Source: Halanaerobium sp. (GTDB taxonomy: Bacteria; Bacillota; Halanaerobiia; Halanaerobiales; Halanaerobiaceae). From it: DNA of 64,000 nt. The translations under genes and the position numbers were made by a program. The notes under the pieces were generated by a model. The model worked only from the letters and a program-made list of their open reading frames with translations. It had not been told where the DNA came from and did no database searches. Shown here in pieces: positions 35,465-48,144 of the stretch (the first letter of the stretch is position 1; each line of letters begins with the position of its first letter). The stretch spans positions 3,005 through 67,004 of the forward strand of contig JBHEOV010000001.1 in assembly GCA_046260625.1 (NCBI GenBank), given 5' to 3'.

Positions 35465-37627
35465 GTGGAAGATAGTAAAATTCTGAAAAATTTAAATCCG
35501 GCTCAAAAAAAAGCAGTTGAACATCATCAGGGTCCGGAACTGGTGCTTGCTGGTGCCGGTAGTGGTAAAACAAGGGTTTTGACCAGAAGAATAGGTTATT
35601 TAATCAATCATTATGGGGCCTCTCCCTATAATATTTTAGCTGTAACCTTTACCAATAAAGCGGCAAATGAGATGAAAGAAAGAGTTAAAGATATGGTTGG
35701 AGGAGTAAATCGCAGCCTCTGGGTCAGTACCTTTCATTCTTTTTGTGTGCGCATTCTGCGTCGAGAAGCGGAAAAATTGGGATATAATAAAAACTTTGTT
35801 ATTTTTGACAGTCTTGATCAGCGGAAACTGGTAAAGGAAGTTTTAAAATCAAAAAATCTTGACCCCAAAAAAACAAAACCGAGATCAGTTTTAAATAAAA
35901 TTTCGAATGCTAAAAATGAATTAAAAACTCCGGAGCAGATGAGTGCAATTTCTGGCAGCTTCTTTGATCAGACTGCTGCTGAGATTTATGAGGAATATCA
36001 AAAAAGACTTAAGGAAAATAATGCAATGGATTTTGATGATTTAATTCAGCAGACTGTAATACTTTTTGAAGAATTCCCACTGGTTTTAGAACACTATCAG
36101 GAGCGTTTTAAATATATTCTGGTAGATGAGTATCAGGATGTCAATCACGCTCAGTATCAGCTGGTAAACTTACTGGCAGAGCGCTACCGTAATGTCTGTG
36201 TTGTCGGTGACCCGGATCAGGGAATTTATGGTTTTAGAGGTGCAGATATTCGCAATATCTTAAATTTTGAAGATGATTATCCTGATGTGAAGACAATTCG
36301 CCTGGAGCAGAATTATCGTTCAAAGGGCAATATTTTAGAAGCGGCTCAGGCAGTAATTCAAAATAATACTTCCCGCAAAGAAAAAGAACTCTGGACCGAT
36401 CAGGGAGAGGGTCCTAAACTTGAATTATATGAAGCAAAGGATGAAAAAGAAGAGGCTGATTTTGTCTGTCGGACAGCTAAAGAGCTGACAGAAAAAAATG
36501 AATTAACAGAAGCTGAATTAACTTATGATGATCTGGCTGTTTTATACAGGACGAATTCACAGTCACGGGCTTTTGAAGATATGCTGATGAAATATGGTAT
36601 TCCCTATCAGATTGTTGGGGGAGTCCGTTTTTATGAGCGGAAAGAAATCAAAGATATTATGGCTTATCTGCGGCTGATTTATAATCCGGCTGATGATATC
36701 AGTTTTTTAAGGATAATAAATCGTCCAAAAAGAGGAATTGGAGCCGGTACACTGGGGAAAGTACAGGATTTTGCTGAAGCAGAAGGCTTAAATTTATATG
36801 AAGCTGCTTTAAAATCTAAAGCCAATCCGGCCCTAAGCGGCACCTATGCTAAAAGAGTACTTCATTTTACAGAGATTATTGAAGAACTGAGAGCTGAGCA
36901 GGAAGAGGTTGCTCTGGCAAGGTTGACCGAAAAGCTTTTAGATAAAAGTGGTTACCGCCATAATTTAGAGGAAGAGAAAACAGCTGAAGCAGAAAATAGA
37001 CTGGAAAATATAGAAGAGTTATTTTCTGTAATTAACGAGTATATGAAAAACAGTGATAATAATACGCTGGCCGGGTTTTTAGAGGAAGTTACTCTGATGG
37101 CAGATATTGATTCAATGGATGAAGAACAGAGTGTTTTAACTCTGATGACAATTCATTCTGCTAAAGGACTGGAATTTCCAGTAGTCTTTTTAGTTGGGAT
37201 GGAAGATGGGATTTTTCCTCATTCTAATTCGATGTTTGAGCAGAAAGGGATGGAAGAAGAAAGACGCCTCTGTTATGTAGGAATGACCAGAGCCGAAGAA
37301 AGATTATATTTAAGTAGAGCGCAGGTCAGACTTCGTTTTGGAGAAAGAAAGATGAATCCTCCTTCTCAATTTATAGAAGAGATTCCGAAAGAACTGCTGG
37401 CTGGAGCAGAAGATACTCGTTCTGCAATGGCGAAAGAGGAAGATTTTATTCACAGTGATAATTCTGGAACTAATTATGCTATTGGTCAAAAGATTGTTCA
37501 TCCCCGCTGGGGGATTGGAACAATTCTTTCTATCAGAGGAGATGATAATCCAGAATTGAAGATCGCCTTTGAGGGAGGAAAGACAAGGAATTTACTGGCA
37601 GAATATGCTCCAATACAGAAAGTATAG
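35465..37627 (+). CDS. pcrA: ATP-dependent DNA helicase PcrA
   Basis: AGAGSGKT, DEYQD, VGDPDQ, NYRS, HSAKGLEF, EERRLCYV, C-terminal HPRWG Tudor-like domain; followed by ligA. Confidence 0.97.
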   Translation: MEDSKILKNLNPAQKKAVEHHQGPELVLAGAGSGKTRVLTRRIGYLINHYGASPYNILAVTFTNKAANEMKERVKDMVGGVNRSLWVSTFHSFCVRILRREAEKLGYNKNFVIFDSLDQRKLVKEVLKSKNLDPKKTKPRSVLNKISNAKNELKTPEQMSAISGSFFDQTAAEIYEEYQKRLKENNAMDFDDLIQQTVILFEEFPLVLEHYQERFKYILVDEYQDVNHAQYQLVNLLAERYRNVCVVGDPDQGIYGFRGADIRNILNFEDDYPDVKTIRLEQNYRSKGNILEAAQAVIQNNTSRKEKELWTDQGEGPKLELYEAKDEKEEADFVCRTAKELTEKNELTEAELTYDDLAVLYRTNSQSRAFEDMLMKYGIPYQIVGGVRFYERKEIKDIMAYLRLIYNPADDISFLRIINRPKRGIGAGTLGKVQDFAEAEGLNLYEAALKSKANPALSGTYAKRVLHFTEIIEELRAEQEEVALARLTEKLLDKSGYRHNLEEEKTAEAENRLENIEELFSVINEYMKNSDNNTLAGFLEEVTLMADIDSMDEEQSVLTLMTIHSAKGLEFPVVFLVGMEDGIFPHSNSMFEQKGMEEERRLCYVGMTRAEERLYLSRAQVRLRFGERKMNPPSQFIEEIPKELLAGAEDTRSAMAKEEDFIHSDNSGTNYAIGQKIVHPRWGIGTILSIRGDDNPELKIAFEGGKTRNLLAEYAPIQKV

Positions 37628-39649
<2,022 letters not shown>

Positions 39650-39667
39650 AGTGAGGAGGGAATTTAA

Positions 39668-39955
39668 ATGATTGATAAAAAAGATGTTGAATATGCAGCT
39701 GGTCTGGCACAGCTTAAACTTGATGAAGAAGAAAAGGAAAAGTATACAGAGCAGATCGGTGAAATTTTAGATTATGTCGATAAGCTGAGTGAACTGGATA
39801 CAGATGATGTTGTACCAACAGCATATACTGTGCCCATGAAAAATGTTCTGCGTAAAGATGAGGTTAAAGAATCTTTAGCACGCGAAAAATCACTGGCAAA
39901 TGCACCTGATGAAAAAGATGGACAGTTTAGAGCACCAAAAATTATGTCTGACTAA
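39668..39955 (+). CDS. gatC: Asp-tRNA(Asn)/Glu-tRNA(Gln) amidotransferase subunit C
   Basis: 95 aa, NVLRKD...ANAP; precedes gatAB. Confidence 0.95.
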   Translation: MIDKKDVEYAAGLAQLKLDEEEKEKYTEQIGEILDYVDKLSELDTDDVVPTAYTVPMKNVLRKDEVKESLAREKSLANAPDEKDGQFRAPKIMSD

Positions 39956-39980
39956 GCAGCTAAGGAGGTAAGATAATAAA

Positions 39981-41423
39981 ATGAATATTTTTGATCTAAC
40001 AATACATGAATTAAAAGAGAAAATTGCTGTCGGAGAATTGACTCCTGCAGAAATTCAAAAAGCTTATAAAGCTCGAATCAATGAGGTAGATGATAAAGTT
40101 AGAGCTTATATTACACTAACTGATGAGCTGGCAGATGAAGAGCTTAAAGAATATGAAAATAAAAAAGATGGACTGCTGGCTGGAATTCCAATTGCAGTCA
40201 AAGATAATATGTCAACAGATGGAATTAAAACCAGCTGTGGTTCTAAGATGCTGGAAAATTACAAGCCGCCCTATAATGCGACAGTAGTTGAAAAGTTAAA
40301 TGAAGCCGGGGCAGTTATTATGGGTAAAACCAATATGGATGAGTTTGCTATGGGTTCTTCCACAGAAAACTCCGCCTTTTTTAACACTCACAATCCCTGG
40401 AATTTAAACCATGCTCCCGGTGGCTCCAGTGGTGGTTCAGCCGCAGCAGTTGCAGCAGGAGAGTGTGCAGCAGCTCTTGGTTCTGATACAGGTGGTTCAA
40501 TCAGACAGCCTGCATCTTATTCTGGTGTAGTTGGTTTAAAACCTACTTATGGAATGGTTTCTCGTTATGGTCTGGTAGCCTTTGCATCTTCTTTAGATCA
40601 GATTGGTCCGATTACTAAAGATGTAGAAGACAGTGCACTGATGATGAATGTAATAGCCGGTCATGATCCCAAAGATTCAACTTCTATTGAGGGTAAAAAG
40701 GAAGATTACACTGATTATCTAAAAGAAGATGTCAGCGGGATGAAGATTGGTATTCCTGAAGAATATTTTAACTTAGATTTTGACAAAGAAGTTAAAGAAA
40801 GTGTACTGGCGGCAGTAGATAAGCTCAAAGAAGCGGGAGCTGAAGTAGAAACAGTACATATGACTGATGCCTCTTATGCTTTAGCAGCCTATTATGTAAT
40901 TGCTCCTGCAGAAGCAAGCTCCAATCTGGCCCGTTATGATGGGGTTCGTTATGGACTGCGCAGTGAGCACGCTTCTGATATCAGTGAGATGTTTACCAAT
41001 ACCCGGCATGAGGGTTTTGGGGATGAGGTTAAAAGAAGAATTATGATTGGTACCTATGCTTTAAGCTCAGGTTATTATGATGCCTATTATCTTAAAGCAC
41101 AGAAGGTTAGAACTCTAATTAAAGATGATTTTGATCGGATTTTTAATGATTTTGATCTGATTATAACTCCAACAGCTCCCACAACGGCAATTGAGCTGGG
41201 ATCAAAAAGTGATCCTTTAGAAATGTATTATACTGATATTTTTACAGTACCAATAAATATCGCCGGTGTACCAGCAATGTCTGTACCCTGTGGTTTTGAC
41301 AGTAATCAGATGCCAATTGGTCTGCAGTTAATCGGACCTCATTTTGGTGAAGGCAAGATTATTCAGGCAGCTTATACTTTAGAAAAAATATTAAATATCA
41401 AAGATCAGAGAGCAGAATTATAA
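39981..41423 (+). CDS. gatA: Amidotransferase subunit A
   Basis: [28 protein letters not shown]. Confidence 0.98.
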   Translation: MNIFDLTIHELKEKIAVGELTPAEIQKAYKARINEVDDKVRAYITLTDELADEELKEYENKKDGLLAGIPIAVKDNMSTDGIKTSCGSKMLENYKPPYNATVVEKLNEAGAVIMGKTNMDEFAMGSSTENSAFFNTHNPWNLNHAPGGSSGGSAAAVAAGECAAALGSDTGGSIRQPASYSGVVGLKPTYGMVSRYGLVAFASSLDQIGPITKDVEDSALMMNVIAGHDPKDSTSIEGKKEDYTDYLKEDVSGMKIGIPEEYFNLDFDKEVKESVLAAVDKLKEAGAEVETVHMTDASYALAAYYVIAPAEASSNLARYDGVRYGLRSEHASDISEMFTNTRHEGFGDEVKRRIMIGTYALSSGYYDAYYLKAQKVRTLIKDDFDRIFNDFDLIITPTAPTTAIELGSKSDPLEMYYTDIFTVPINIAGVPAMSVPCGFDSNQMPIGLQLIGPHFGEGKIIQAAYTLEKILNIKDQRAEL

Positions 41424-41444
41424 ATATTTGAGAGAGGTGAGAAA

Positions 41445-42890
41445 ATGTCCACTAAATACGAAACAGTAATTGGACTTGAAGTCCATGTACAGCTTAACAC
41501 AGAGTCTAAAATTTTCTGTGGCTGTAGTACAGAATTTGGAAAAGAGCCAAATGAAAATACCTGTCCGGTCTGTCTGGGATTACCCGGAACTTTACCGGTT
41601 TTAAATAAAAAAGTAGTTGATTATGCGATTATGGCAGGACTGGCTTTAAACTGTGATATCGCTGAATACTCTAAATTTGACCGCAAAAATTATTTTTATC
41701 CTGATTTACCCAAAGCCTATCAGATTTCTCAGTTTGATCTGCCTGTAGCAGAACACGGCAAGATTGAAATTGAAACTGACGAGGGGATCTTTAATATTGG
41801 AGTGACCAGAGTTCACTTAGAAGAAGATGCGGGTAAATTAATTCACGAAGGTAGTATTGATAAATCTGAGGGTAGTCTGGTAGATTATAATCGGACGGGA
41901 GTACCTCTAATTGAAATTGTCAGTGAACCTGATATGAGGACACCAGCTCAGGCAAAAGCATATTTAACTGAGCTGAAGCTGATCATGGAATATCTTGATA
42001 TTTCTGACTGCAACATGGAAGAAGGTTCACTCCGCTGTGATGCTAATGTTTCTTTACGTCCTGTGGGCCAGGAAGAATTTGGTACCAGAGCAGAACTTAA
42101 AAATATGAACTCTTTTAGTGCAGTAGAAAAAGGTTTAGAATATGAGGTTAAAAGACAGCGTCAAATCCTCGAAGAAGGAGGAGAGGTTGTTCAGGAAACC
42201 AGAACCTGGGATGAATCTTTAAATAAGACAATTTCCATGCGCGGTAAAGAAGCGGCTCATGATTACCGCTATTTTCCAGAACCTGATTTAGTTCCCTTAG
42301 AAATAGATGAAGCCTGGAGGGAAGAAATACGCCAGGAAATTCCGGAGCTGCCAAGAGAAAAATATAAGCGCTTTATAGCTGAGTTAGGTCTGCCAGAATA
42401 TGATGCAGGAGTTTTAACTGGTGATAAAGATCTGGCAGTTTTCTTCGAAGAAGTACTTTCAGATTATGATGATCCTAAAAATTTAAGTAACTGGATGATG
42501 GGGGAATTTTTGAGATTATTAAATGAAAATAATCAGGCTCCCTTTGAATCTGGAGTCAGTCCGATCAATCTGGCGAAAATGCTGAAAATGATTGACCAGG
42601 ATATCATCAGTGGTAAAATTGCTAAAGAAGTCTTTGAAAAAATGTACAATAGTGGTAATGATCCAGAAACTATTGTTGAAGAAGAAGGCTTAAAGCAGAT
42701 CAGTGATGAAGACCAATTAGAAAACATTGTGGATGGAATCATTGAAGACAATCCTGATGCAGTAGAAGATGTACAGAATGGTAAAGATAGAGCAATTGGA
42801 TTTTTAGTAGGTCAGGTAATGAAAGAAACAAGAGGAAAAGCCAATCCTGGGCTGGTAAATCAAATGCTCAGAGATAAATTAATGGACTAA
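41445..42890 (+). CDS. gatB: Amidotransferase subunit B
   Basis: [30 protein letters not shown]. Confidence 0.98.
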   Translation: MSTKYETVIGLEVHVQLNTESKIFCGCSTEFGKEPNENTCPVCLGLPGTLPVLNKKVVDYAIMAGLALNCDIAEYSKFDRKNYFYPDLPKAYQISQFDLPVAEHGKIEIETDEGIFNIGVTRVHLEEDAGKLIHEGSIDKSEGSLVDYNRTGVPLIEIVSEPDMRTPAQAKAYLTELKLIMEYLDISDCNMEEGSLRCDANVSLRPVGQEEFGTRAELKNMNSFSAVEKGLEYEVKRQRQILEEGGEVVQETRTWDESLNKTISMRGKEAAHDYRYFPEPDLVPLEIDEAWREEIRQEIPELPREKYKRFIAELGLPEYDAGVLTGDKDLAVFFEEVLSDYDDPKNLSNWMMGEFLRLLNENNQAPFESGVSPINLAKMLKMIDQDIISGKIAKEVFEKMYNSGNDPETIVEEEGLKQISDEDQLENIVDGIIEDNPDAVEDVQNGKDRAIGFLVGQVMKETRGKANPGLVNQMLRDKLMD

Positions 42891-42996
42891 CTAGAATTTA
42901 GTCAGGATTTATATTTTCAAAGAGCTGGCTGCCGGGGCTTTAAAACTCTGACAGCCAGCAAAATTATTAGAAGCTGAATTAAAACCACTTTAAAGG

Positions 42997-43620
42997 GTGA
43001 TTTTTTTGAAAATTAAAACTATAAAAGATAAAATACAGAATAGAATACCCGGTCCGACCAGAATTCAGCATTATTTTTCAGTTTTAATTCCTCTAATAGA
43101 AATAGAAGGGAAAACACATTTGATCTATGAGCTGCGTTCAAAAGATCTTTCTACTCAGCCAGGAGAGGTATCTTTTCCGGGAGGCAGAATTGAGCGGGGA
43201 GAAGAATTTTCACAGGCTGCAGTTAGAGAATGCAGTGAAGAATTATTAATTCCAGAGCAAAAAATTGAACTTTTAGGAGAAGCTGATTATTTAATCACTC
43301 CCTTTAACTTTATTATTTATGCTTTTGTCGGTAAAATCAAGGTTAAGTCAATTGAGGAAATCAAAGTTAATAATTATGAAGTTGAAGAAATCTTTACAGT
43401 TCCACTGGAATTTTTTTTAAAGCATCAAGTTGAAAAATATGCAGCTGTTTTAAAAAGTGAATTTGATCAGGATTTTCCCTACCATCTATTACCACAGGGT
43501 GAGAAATATAATCCACGCCAGGGAGATTATCAAATTTATTTTTACCGCTATCAGGGCCGAGTTATCTGGGGAATTACAGCGGAAATCACTAAAGCTTTTA
43601 TTGATATTTTAAAACATTAG
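42997..43620 (+). CDS. Nudix CoA pyrophosphatase (NudL-like); start may be TTG 43006
   Basis: QPGEVSFPGG, Nudix box G.IE.GE....AAVRE..EEL, IWGITA. Confidence 0.88.
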   Translation: MIFLKIKTIKDKIQNRIPGPTRIQHYFSVLIPLIEIEGKTHLIYELRSKDLSTQPGEVSFPGGRIERGEEFSQAAVRECSEELLIPEQKIELLGEADYLITPFNFIIYAFVGKIKVKSIEEIKVNNYEVEEIFTVPLEFFLKHQVEKYAAVLKSEFDQDFPYHLLPQGEKYNPRQGDYQIYFYRYQGRVIWGITAEITKAFIDILKH

Positions 43621-43635
43621 TTTATTTTATGTATT

Positions 43636-43664
43636 GCAGGAATAAAGTGAGCTGTCTTGAATAA
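43636..43664 (+). promoter_or_regulatory. SigH-like promoter of the sulfur module
   Basis: GCAGGAATA...CTTGAATA, i.e. AGGA-N17-GAAT. Confidence 0.45.
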
Positions 43665-43704
43665 TATACTTAAGTGGTAATTAATATTATTAGAGATAAA
43701 GGGG

Positions 43705-44226
43705 TTGGATAAAATGAATCAGTTAATTTTTGCAGGCAGCTGGTCACCATATCTTGTTGGCAGCTTAATAGGTGTTTTGAGCTGGCTTTCTTTTATAATT
43801 TCGAAAAAGCCCTTAGGGACTTCCACTTCCTATGCCCGGGCTTCTGCTAGATTGGGAGCTATCTTTGTTGGTGATTCTATTTATGATTGGAAATATTATC
43901 AGAAGTATAAGCCTGAACTTGAATGGCAGTCGATGCTGGTAATTGGAATTGTGATCGGAAGTTTTATTTCAGCAGTTCTTTCCGGACAGTTTCAGCTCTC
44001 TTTTCTACCTCTGACTGAATTTGAATCAATTTTAAATCAAAATGTAATCGGCAGGATATTTTCTGCTTTTACTGGTGGAATTTTGCTCGGTTTTGGAGCT
44101 CGACTGGCAGGTGGCTGTACAAGTGGTCATGGTATAAGTGGAGCTTTTCAGCTGAGTATTGCCAGCTGGATTAGTCTGATCTCCTTTTTTGTTGGTGGAG
44201 CTGTAACTGCATTTCTAATTCTTTAA
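43705..44226 (+). CDS. YeeE/YedE sulfur (thiosulfate) transporter family, subunit 1
   Basis: WSPY, LGTS, GFGARLAGGCTSGH. Confidence 0.88.
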   Translation: MDKMNQLIFAGSWSPYLVGSLIGVLSWLSFIISKKPLGTSTSYARASARLGAIFVGDSIYDWKYYQKYKPELEWQSMLVIGIVIGSFISAVLSGQFQLSFLPLTEFESILNQNVIGRIFSAFTGGILLGFGARLAGGCTSGHGISGAFQLSIASWISLISFFVGGAVTAFLIL

Positions 44227-44245
44227 TTGGGGCAGGTGAATATAA

Positions 44246-44782
44246 ATGGAAAATAAAGCTAGATTACTCAAGGGTCTGAGCACTGGAATTATTTTTGGAT
44301 TTCTGCTCCACCGCGGTGGAGTGACAGATTATAATGTGCTGGTTGGTCAGCTTCTTTTAGAGGATTTTACTGTGGCTAAGATAATTTTAACAGCGATAGT
44401 TGTAGGGATGTTCGGTGTTCATTTTTTAAGTGATAGAAATATTATTGAGCTTAACCCAAAATCCGGTTCCCTGCGGCGGACGCTTACAGGGGGATTGATT
44501 TTTGGTGTGGGTTTTGCTCTCCTTGGTTATTGTCCGGGAACTATTGCTGGAGCTATCGGTCGGGGAAGTGTAGATGCTCTGCTGCCTGGACTTTTAGGAA
44601 TTTTTAGCGGCTCATTTTTCTTTGCTGCTTTTTATGAGAAATATAGTGATTCAATAGATAAGAAAGAATTTAAGTTTAAAACACTGCCTGAGCTTTTTAA
44701 GGTCAATCACTGGCTGGTTATTCTTCCTGTATCAGTGGGGATAATTTTATTTTTGCTCTTAGTGGAAAGCATAGGTTTTTAA
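44246..44782 (+). CDS. YeeE/YedE family, subunit 2
   Basis: GIIFGFLL, GGLIFGVGFALLGYCPGT. Confidence 0.88.
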   Translation: MENKARLLKGLSTGIIFGFLLHRGGVTDYNVLVGQLLLEDFTVAKIILTAIVVGMFGVHFLSDRNIIELNPKSGSLRRTLTGGLIFGVGFALLGYCPGTIAGAIGRGSVDALLPGLLGIFSGSFFFAAFYEKYSDSIDKKEFKFKTLPELFKVNHWLVILPVSVGIILFLLLVESIGF

Positions 44783-44783
44783 A

Positions 44784-46577
44784 ATGAATTTTGATATTGC
44801 CTTAACCTTAATAATTCTGCTAACTACAATAATATTATTTATAACTGAGGCCTTTCGGGTAGATATCACTGCAATACTTGTCATGTTAACTCTGGGCTGG
44901 ACTGGACTTATTAGTCCGGCTGAGGCTTTTTCAGGTCTTTCCAGTAATGCTGTGATTGCTATAATTGCAATTATGATTATAGGTTATGGAATGGAGCAGT
45001 CTGGAGTGATGCAGAAGCTAACAAAGCCACTCTTGGTAGTTGCCGGTAAAGAAGAAAAAAGACTGATTGTTATTCTTTCTCTTGCTGCCGGGGCTATTTC
45101 TGGCTTGATGCAGAATATTGGTGTAATAGCCTTATTTTTACCTGTTGTCAGGAAAATGACTGGTAAGTTGAATTTATCTTTAAGAAAAGTATTGATGCCG
45201 GTTGGTTTTGCTGTAATACTTGGCGGGAATCTGACTATGGTTGGAGCTGGTAACCTAATTATTCTTAATGATCTTTTAATTCAGCAGAATGCAGAGCCAT
45301 TTAATCTTTTTGCTGTATTTCCAATTGGTCTTGCAGTTTTATTAATTGGAATTGGCTATTTTTACTTTTTTGGCAGCAGGCTGCTGCCTTCAACTGAAAA
45401 AAAGGAAGAAGGTTTTTTTGAAAGACAAAAGAGATTGATTGAAAATTGGGATCTGTCAACTAAAACTCATAATTATATAATATCCGAAGAGTCTGAGCTT
45501 TTAAATAAAACTCTCGAAGAATCAAATTTATGGTCAGATTATCACCTTTACCTTCTTGCCTTAAAAGAAAATAATGATATCTCATATGCTCCCTGGCGCT
45601 TTAGCAGATTTGCTGCCGGTCAGGAAATGATTATTATGGGACAAGAAGCTGATCTGCATAGTTTTGCAGAAGATTATGATTTAATCCCGGAAGAAGAATG
45701 CGATTACTGCTTAAATCATCGCGAATTGGAAGATGCTGCTTTTGCTGAGTTAATGATTCCACCTCGTTCAGATCTGGATGGAAAATCTATTAGAGAAATT
45801 GCAGTCAGAAAAAATTATTTTGTTAATCCTATTTATTTAGTTAGAGGAGAAAAAGAAATTGGAGATGATTTTTCTGATGTTACTTTAAGACCGGGGGATA
45901 TACTGGTCGTCTATGGAACCAATCAGAATATAAGACATTTAAAGGCTGCAAATGAACTTGTTTTGCTGACTCATCTTCCAAGTGAAGATGCTGAGAACAA
46001 TAAACCATTTTTTGCAATTGGATCATTTTTACTATCAATTTTATTGATAATTTTAGGCTTTAATTTAGGACTGGCTTTTTTCACTGGGGCATTTTTTATA
46101 GTTTTATCTGGAATCGTAAAACCGAATCAGATTTATCAGGCAGTTGATTGGAAGACTGTCTTTCTGCTGACAGGTTTAATTCCTCTGGGGATTGCGATGG
46201 AAAATACAGGTGCAGCTCAGTATCTGGCTGATTTAATGATTATGCCTTTAAAGGATGGTCCGGTCTTTTTAATACTTTTAGTGGTTTCACTGCTAGCAAG
46301 TATTTTTACTTTATTTATGTCAAATGTTGCGGCTACAGTTGTGCTGGTTCCCCTGGTAATGATAATTGGCAATCAGATTGGAGTTTCAGCGCGCGGACTT
46401 GCTCTGCTGGCTGCAGTTTCAGCTTCTAATTCATTTATCCTGCCGACTCATCAGGTTAATGCTTTCTTTATGTCAGCTGGAGATTACAAGAGCAGAGATT
46501 ATCTGAAAGCTGGAGGCTTTTTATCATTGTTTTATATTTTTATTGCAAGTTTAATGGTTTATCTATTTTATATTTAA
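44784..46577 (+). CDS. SLC13/DASS family permease with TrkA-C (RCK_C) domains
   Basis: RVDI, AFSG, MQNIG, MSNVA, PTHQVN; central soluble RCK_C repeats. Confidence 0.85.
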   Translation: MNFDIALTLIILLTTIILFITEAFRVDITAILVMLTLGWTGLISPAEAFSGLSSNAVIAIIAIMIIGYGMEQSGVMQKLTKPLLVVAGKEEKRLIVILSLAAGAISGLMQNIGVIALFLPVVRKMTGKLNLSLRKVLMPVGFAVILGGNLTMVGAGNLIILNDLLIQQNAEPFNLFAVFPIGLAVLLIGIGYFYFFGSRLLPSTEKKEEGFFERQKRLIENWDLSTKTHNYIISEESELLNKTLEESNLWSDYHLYLLALKENNDISYAPWRFSRFAAGQEMIIMGQEADLHSFAEDYDLIPEEECDYCLNHRELEDAAFAELMIPPRSDLDGKSIREIAVRKNYFVNPIYLVRGEKEIGDDFSDVTLRPGDILVVYGTNQNIRHLKAANELVLLTHLPSEDAENNKPFFAIGSFLLSILLIILGFNLGLAFFTGAFFIVLSGIVKPNQIYQAVDWKTVFLLTGLIPLGIAMENTGAAQYLADLMIMPLKDGPVFLILLVVSLLASIFTLFMSNVAATVVLVPLVMIIGNQIGVSARGLALLAAVSASNSFILPTHQVNAFFMSAGDYKSRDYLKAGGFLSLFYIFIASLMVYLFYI

Positions 46578-46618
46578 AGCTAATTGATATTCAAACTACT
46601 AAATTGGAGTGATAACTA

Positions 46619-47986
46619 ATGTTATTTGAAAAAATAAAGTCAGCTGGACTTGCTCATATTTCATATCTGATAGGTGATAAAAATGAGGCTGTGGTGATTG
46701 ATCCCAGGAGAGATATCGATATTTATTTAGAAAAAGCTGTTGAAGCAGGTTATAAAATTACTAAGATTTTTGAAACCCACCGGAATGAAGATTATATCAT
46801 TGGGTCAACTGAGTTGAAAGCCAAAACCGGGGCTCAAATCTGGCATGCAGATCAGATGCTCGATTATCAGTATGGAGAGCCTGTGCAGGATGGACAGGTA
46901 TTTAAAGTTGGAAATTTAAAAATTGAAGCGATGCAGACTCCTGGTCATACACCGGGCTCGATGAGCTATGTTCTTTATGGTTATGAAGGAGAGCCCTGGA
47001 TGGTCTTTACCGGAGATGCCATTTTTGCTGGTGATGTAGGTCGAATAGACTTTTTGGGTGAGGAAAATTTAGAAAAGACCGGAAGCTGGCTCTATGATTC
47101 CATTTTCAATAAGATTCTGCCCCTTGGTGATGAGGTAATTCTCTGTCCTGCTCATGGTGCGGGCTCAGTCTGTGCTTCAGCTATTGCTGAAAGAGAATGG
47201 ACAACTGTTGGTATCGAAAGGAAGTTGAATCCTAAACTGCAGGTTGAAAACAAGGAAGAATTTATTGAACTGGTGGCTGAGATGCTGGAATATCCTCCCT
47301 ATTTTAAAAATATGGAAGAATCAAATTTAACTGGTTCAGAACTTTTGGCTCATTATCAGCAGCCTGCTGCTCTTTCAGCTGCTGAATTTGCTGAGGCTAT
47401 GGAAGCTGAAGATACTTATATAATAGATCTGAGAATGGAAGTTAGTTATGCATCTGCTCATCTGCCGGGATCAATTTCTATACCCCTGCAGAATCTGCCA
47501 AGCTATGTTGGCTGGTTTATTCCAGTTGGGGCTAAAATTCTGCTGGTAACTGAAGGTGAGTATCCTGCCGAAGCAATCAAGCATTTATACAGAACTGGTT
47601 ATGATAATATTCTTGGTTATTTAAAAGGTGGTCTTATTAACTGGCACATGGCTGGTAAAAAAAGTGAGGCAATTGAAACAGTTACTGTTGATCAGCTCTG
47701 TACAATGCTGGATACTGAGCCGGAGGATCGCTTTATTCTTGATATTCGTCCAGAAGCTGAGCGAGAAGAGGAAGGTGAGATTCAGGAGGCAGAGGCTATC
47801 CATTTAACTCAACTGCCTGAACATTATGCAGAGCTGCCTCAAGATAAACCTTTATATATCTTCTGTGGTAGTGGTTTGAGATCGATGACTGCAGCAAGTT
47901 TACTAGAAAATGAAGGTTTTACTAATCAGAGGGTAGTTTTAGGTGGTTTAATCGCCTGGAATTCAACCAGCTGTCCTATTGTTTAA
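46619..47986 (+). CDS. MBL-fold persulfide dioxygenase-like protein fused to two rhodanese domains (CstB-like)
   Basis: IDPRRD, ETHRNEDY, TPGHT, FTGD, PAHGAGSVC, C-terminal CGSGLRS active loop. Confidence 0.85.
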   Translation: MLFEKIKSAGLAHISYLIGDKNEAVVIDPRRDIDIYLEKAVEAGYKITKIFETHRNEDYIIGSTELKAKTGAQIWHADQMLDYQYGEPVQDGQVFKVGNLKIEAMQTPGHTPGSMSYVLYGYEGEPWMVFTGDAIFAGDVGRIDFLGEENLEKTGSWLYDSIFNKILPLGDEVILCPAHGAGSVCASAIAEREWTTVGIERKLNPKLQVENKEEFIELVAEMLEYPPYFKNMEESNLTGSELLAHYQQPAALSAAEFAEAMEAEDTYIIDLRMEVSYASAHLPGSISIPLQNLPSYVGWFIPVGAKILLVTEGEYPAEAIKHLYRTGYDNILGYLKGGLINWHMAGKKSEAIETVTVDQLCTMLDTEPEDRFILDIRPEAEREEEGEIQEAEAIHLTQLPEHYAELPQDKPLYIFCGSGLRSMTAASLLENEGFTNQRVVLGGLIAWNSTSCPIV

Positions 47987-48002
47987 TAAAGAAATTATCA
48001 AA

Positions 48003-48029
48003 AAAAGGTGGCTTTTTGGGCCACCTTTA
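48003..48029 (+). terminator. Hairpin/terminator after the MBL-rhodanese gene
   Basis: AAAGGTGGC/GCCACCTTT. Confidence 0.65.
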
Positions 48030-48083
48030 AACTTAAATCTGAGCATATTTATCAAAAACTTTGTTAAAAATTTCTTAAATAAC

Positions 48084-48119
48084 TTGACTTTTTACTAACT
48101 ATATCGTATTATTTAGATA
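48084..48119 (+). promoter_or_regulatory. Promoter of the ArsR gene with an overlapping inverted repeat
   Basis: TTGACT-N17-TATTAT; TATC-N10-GATA (48102-48119) spans the -10. Confidence 0.55.
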
Positions 48120-48144
48120 AGGTCAGATAAATGGGGGTAAGAAA

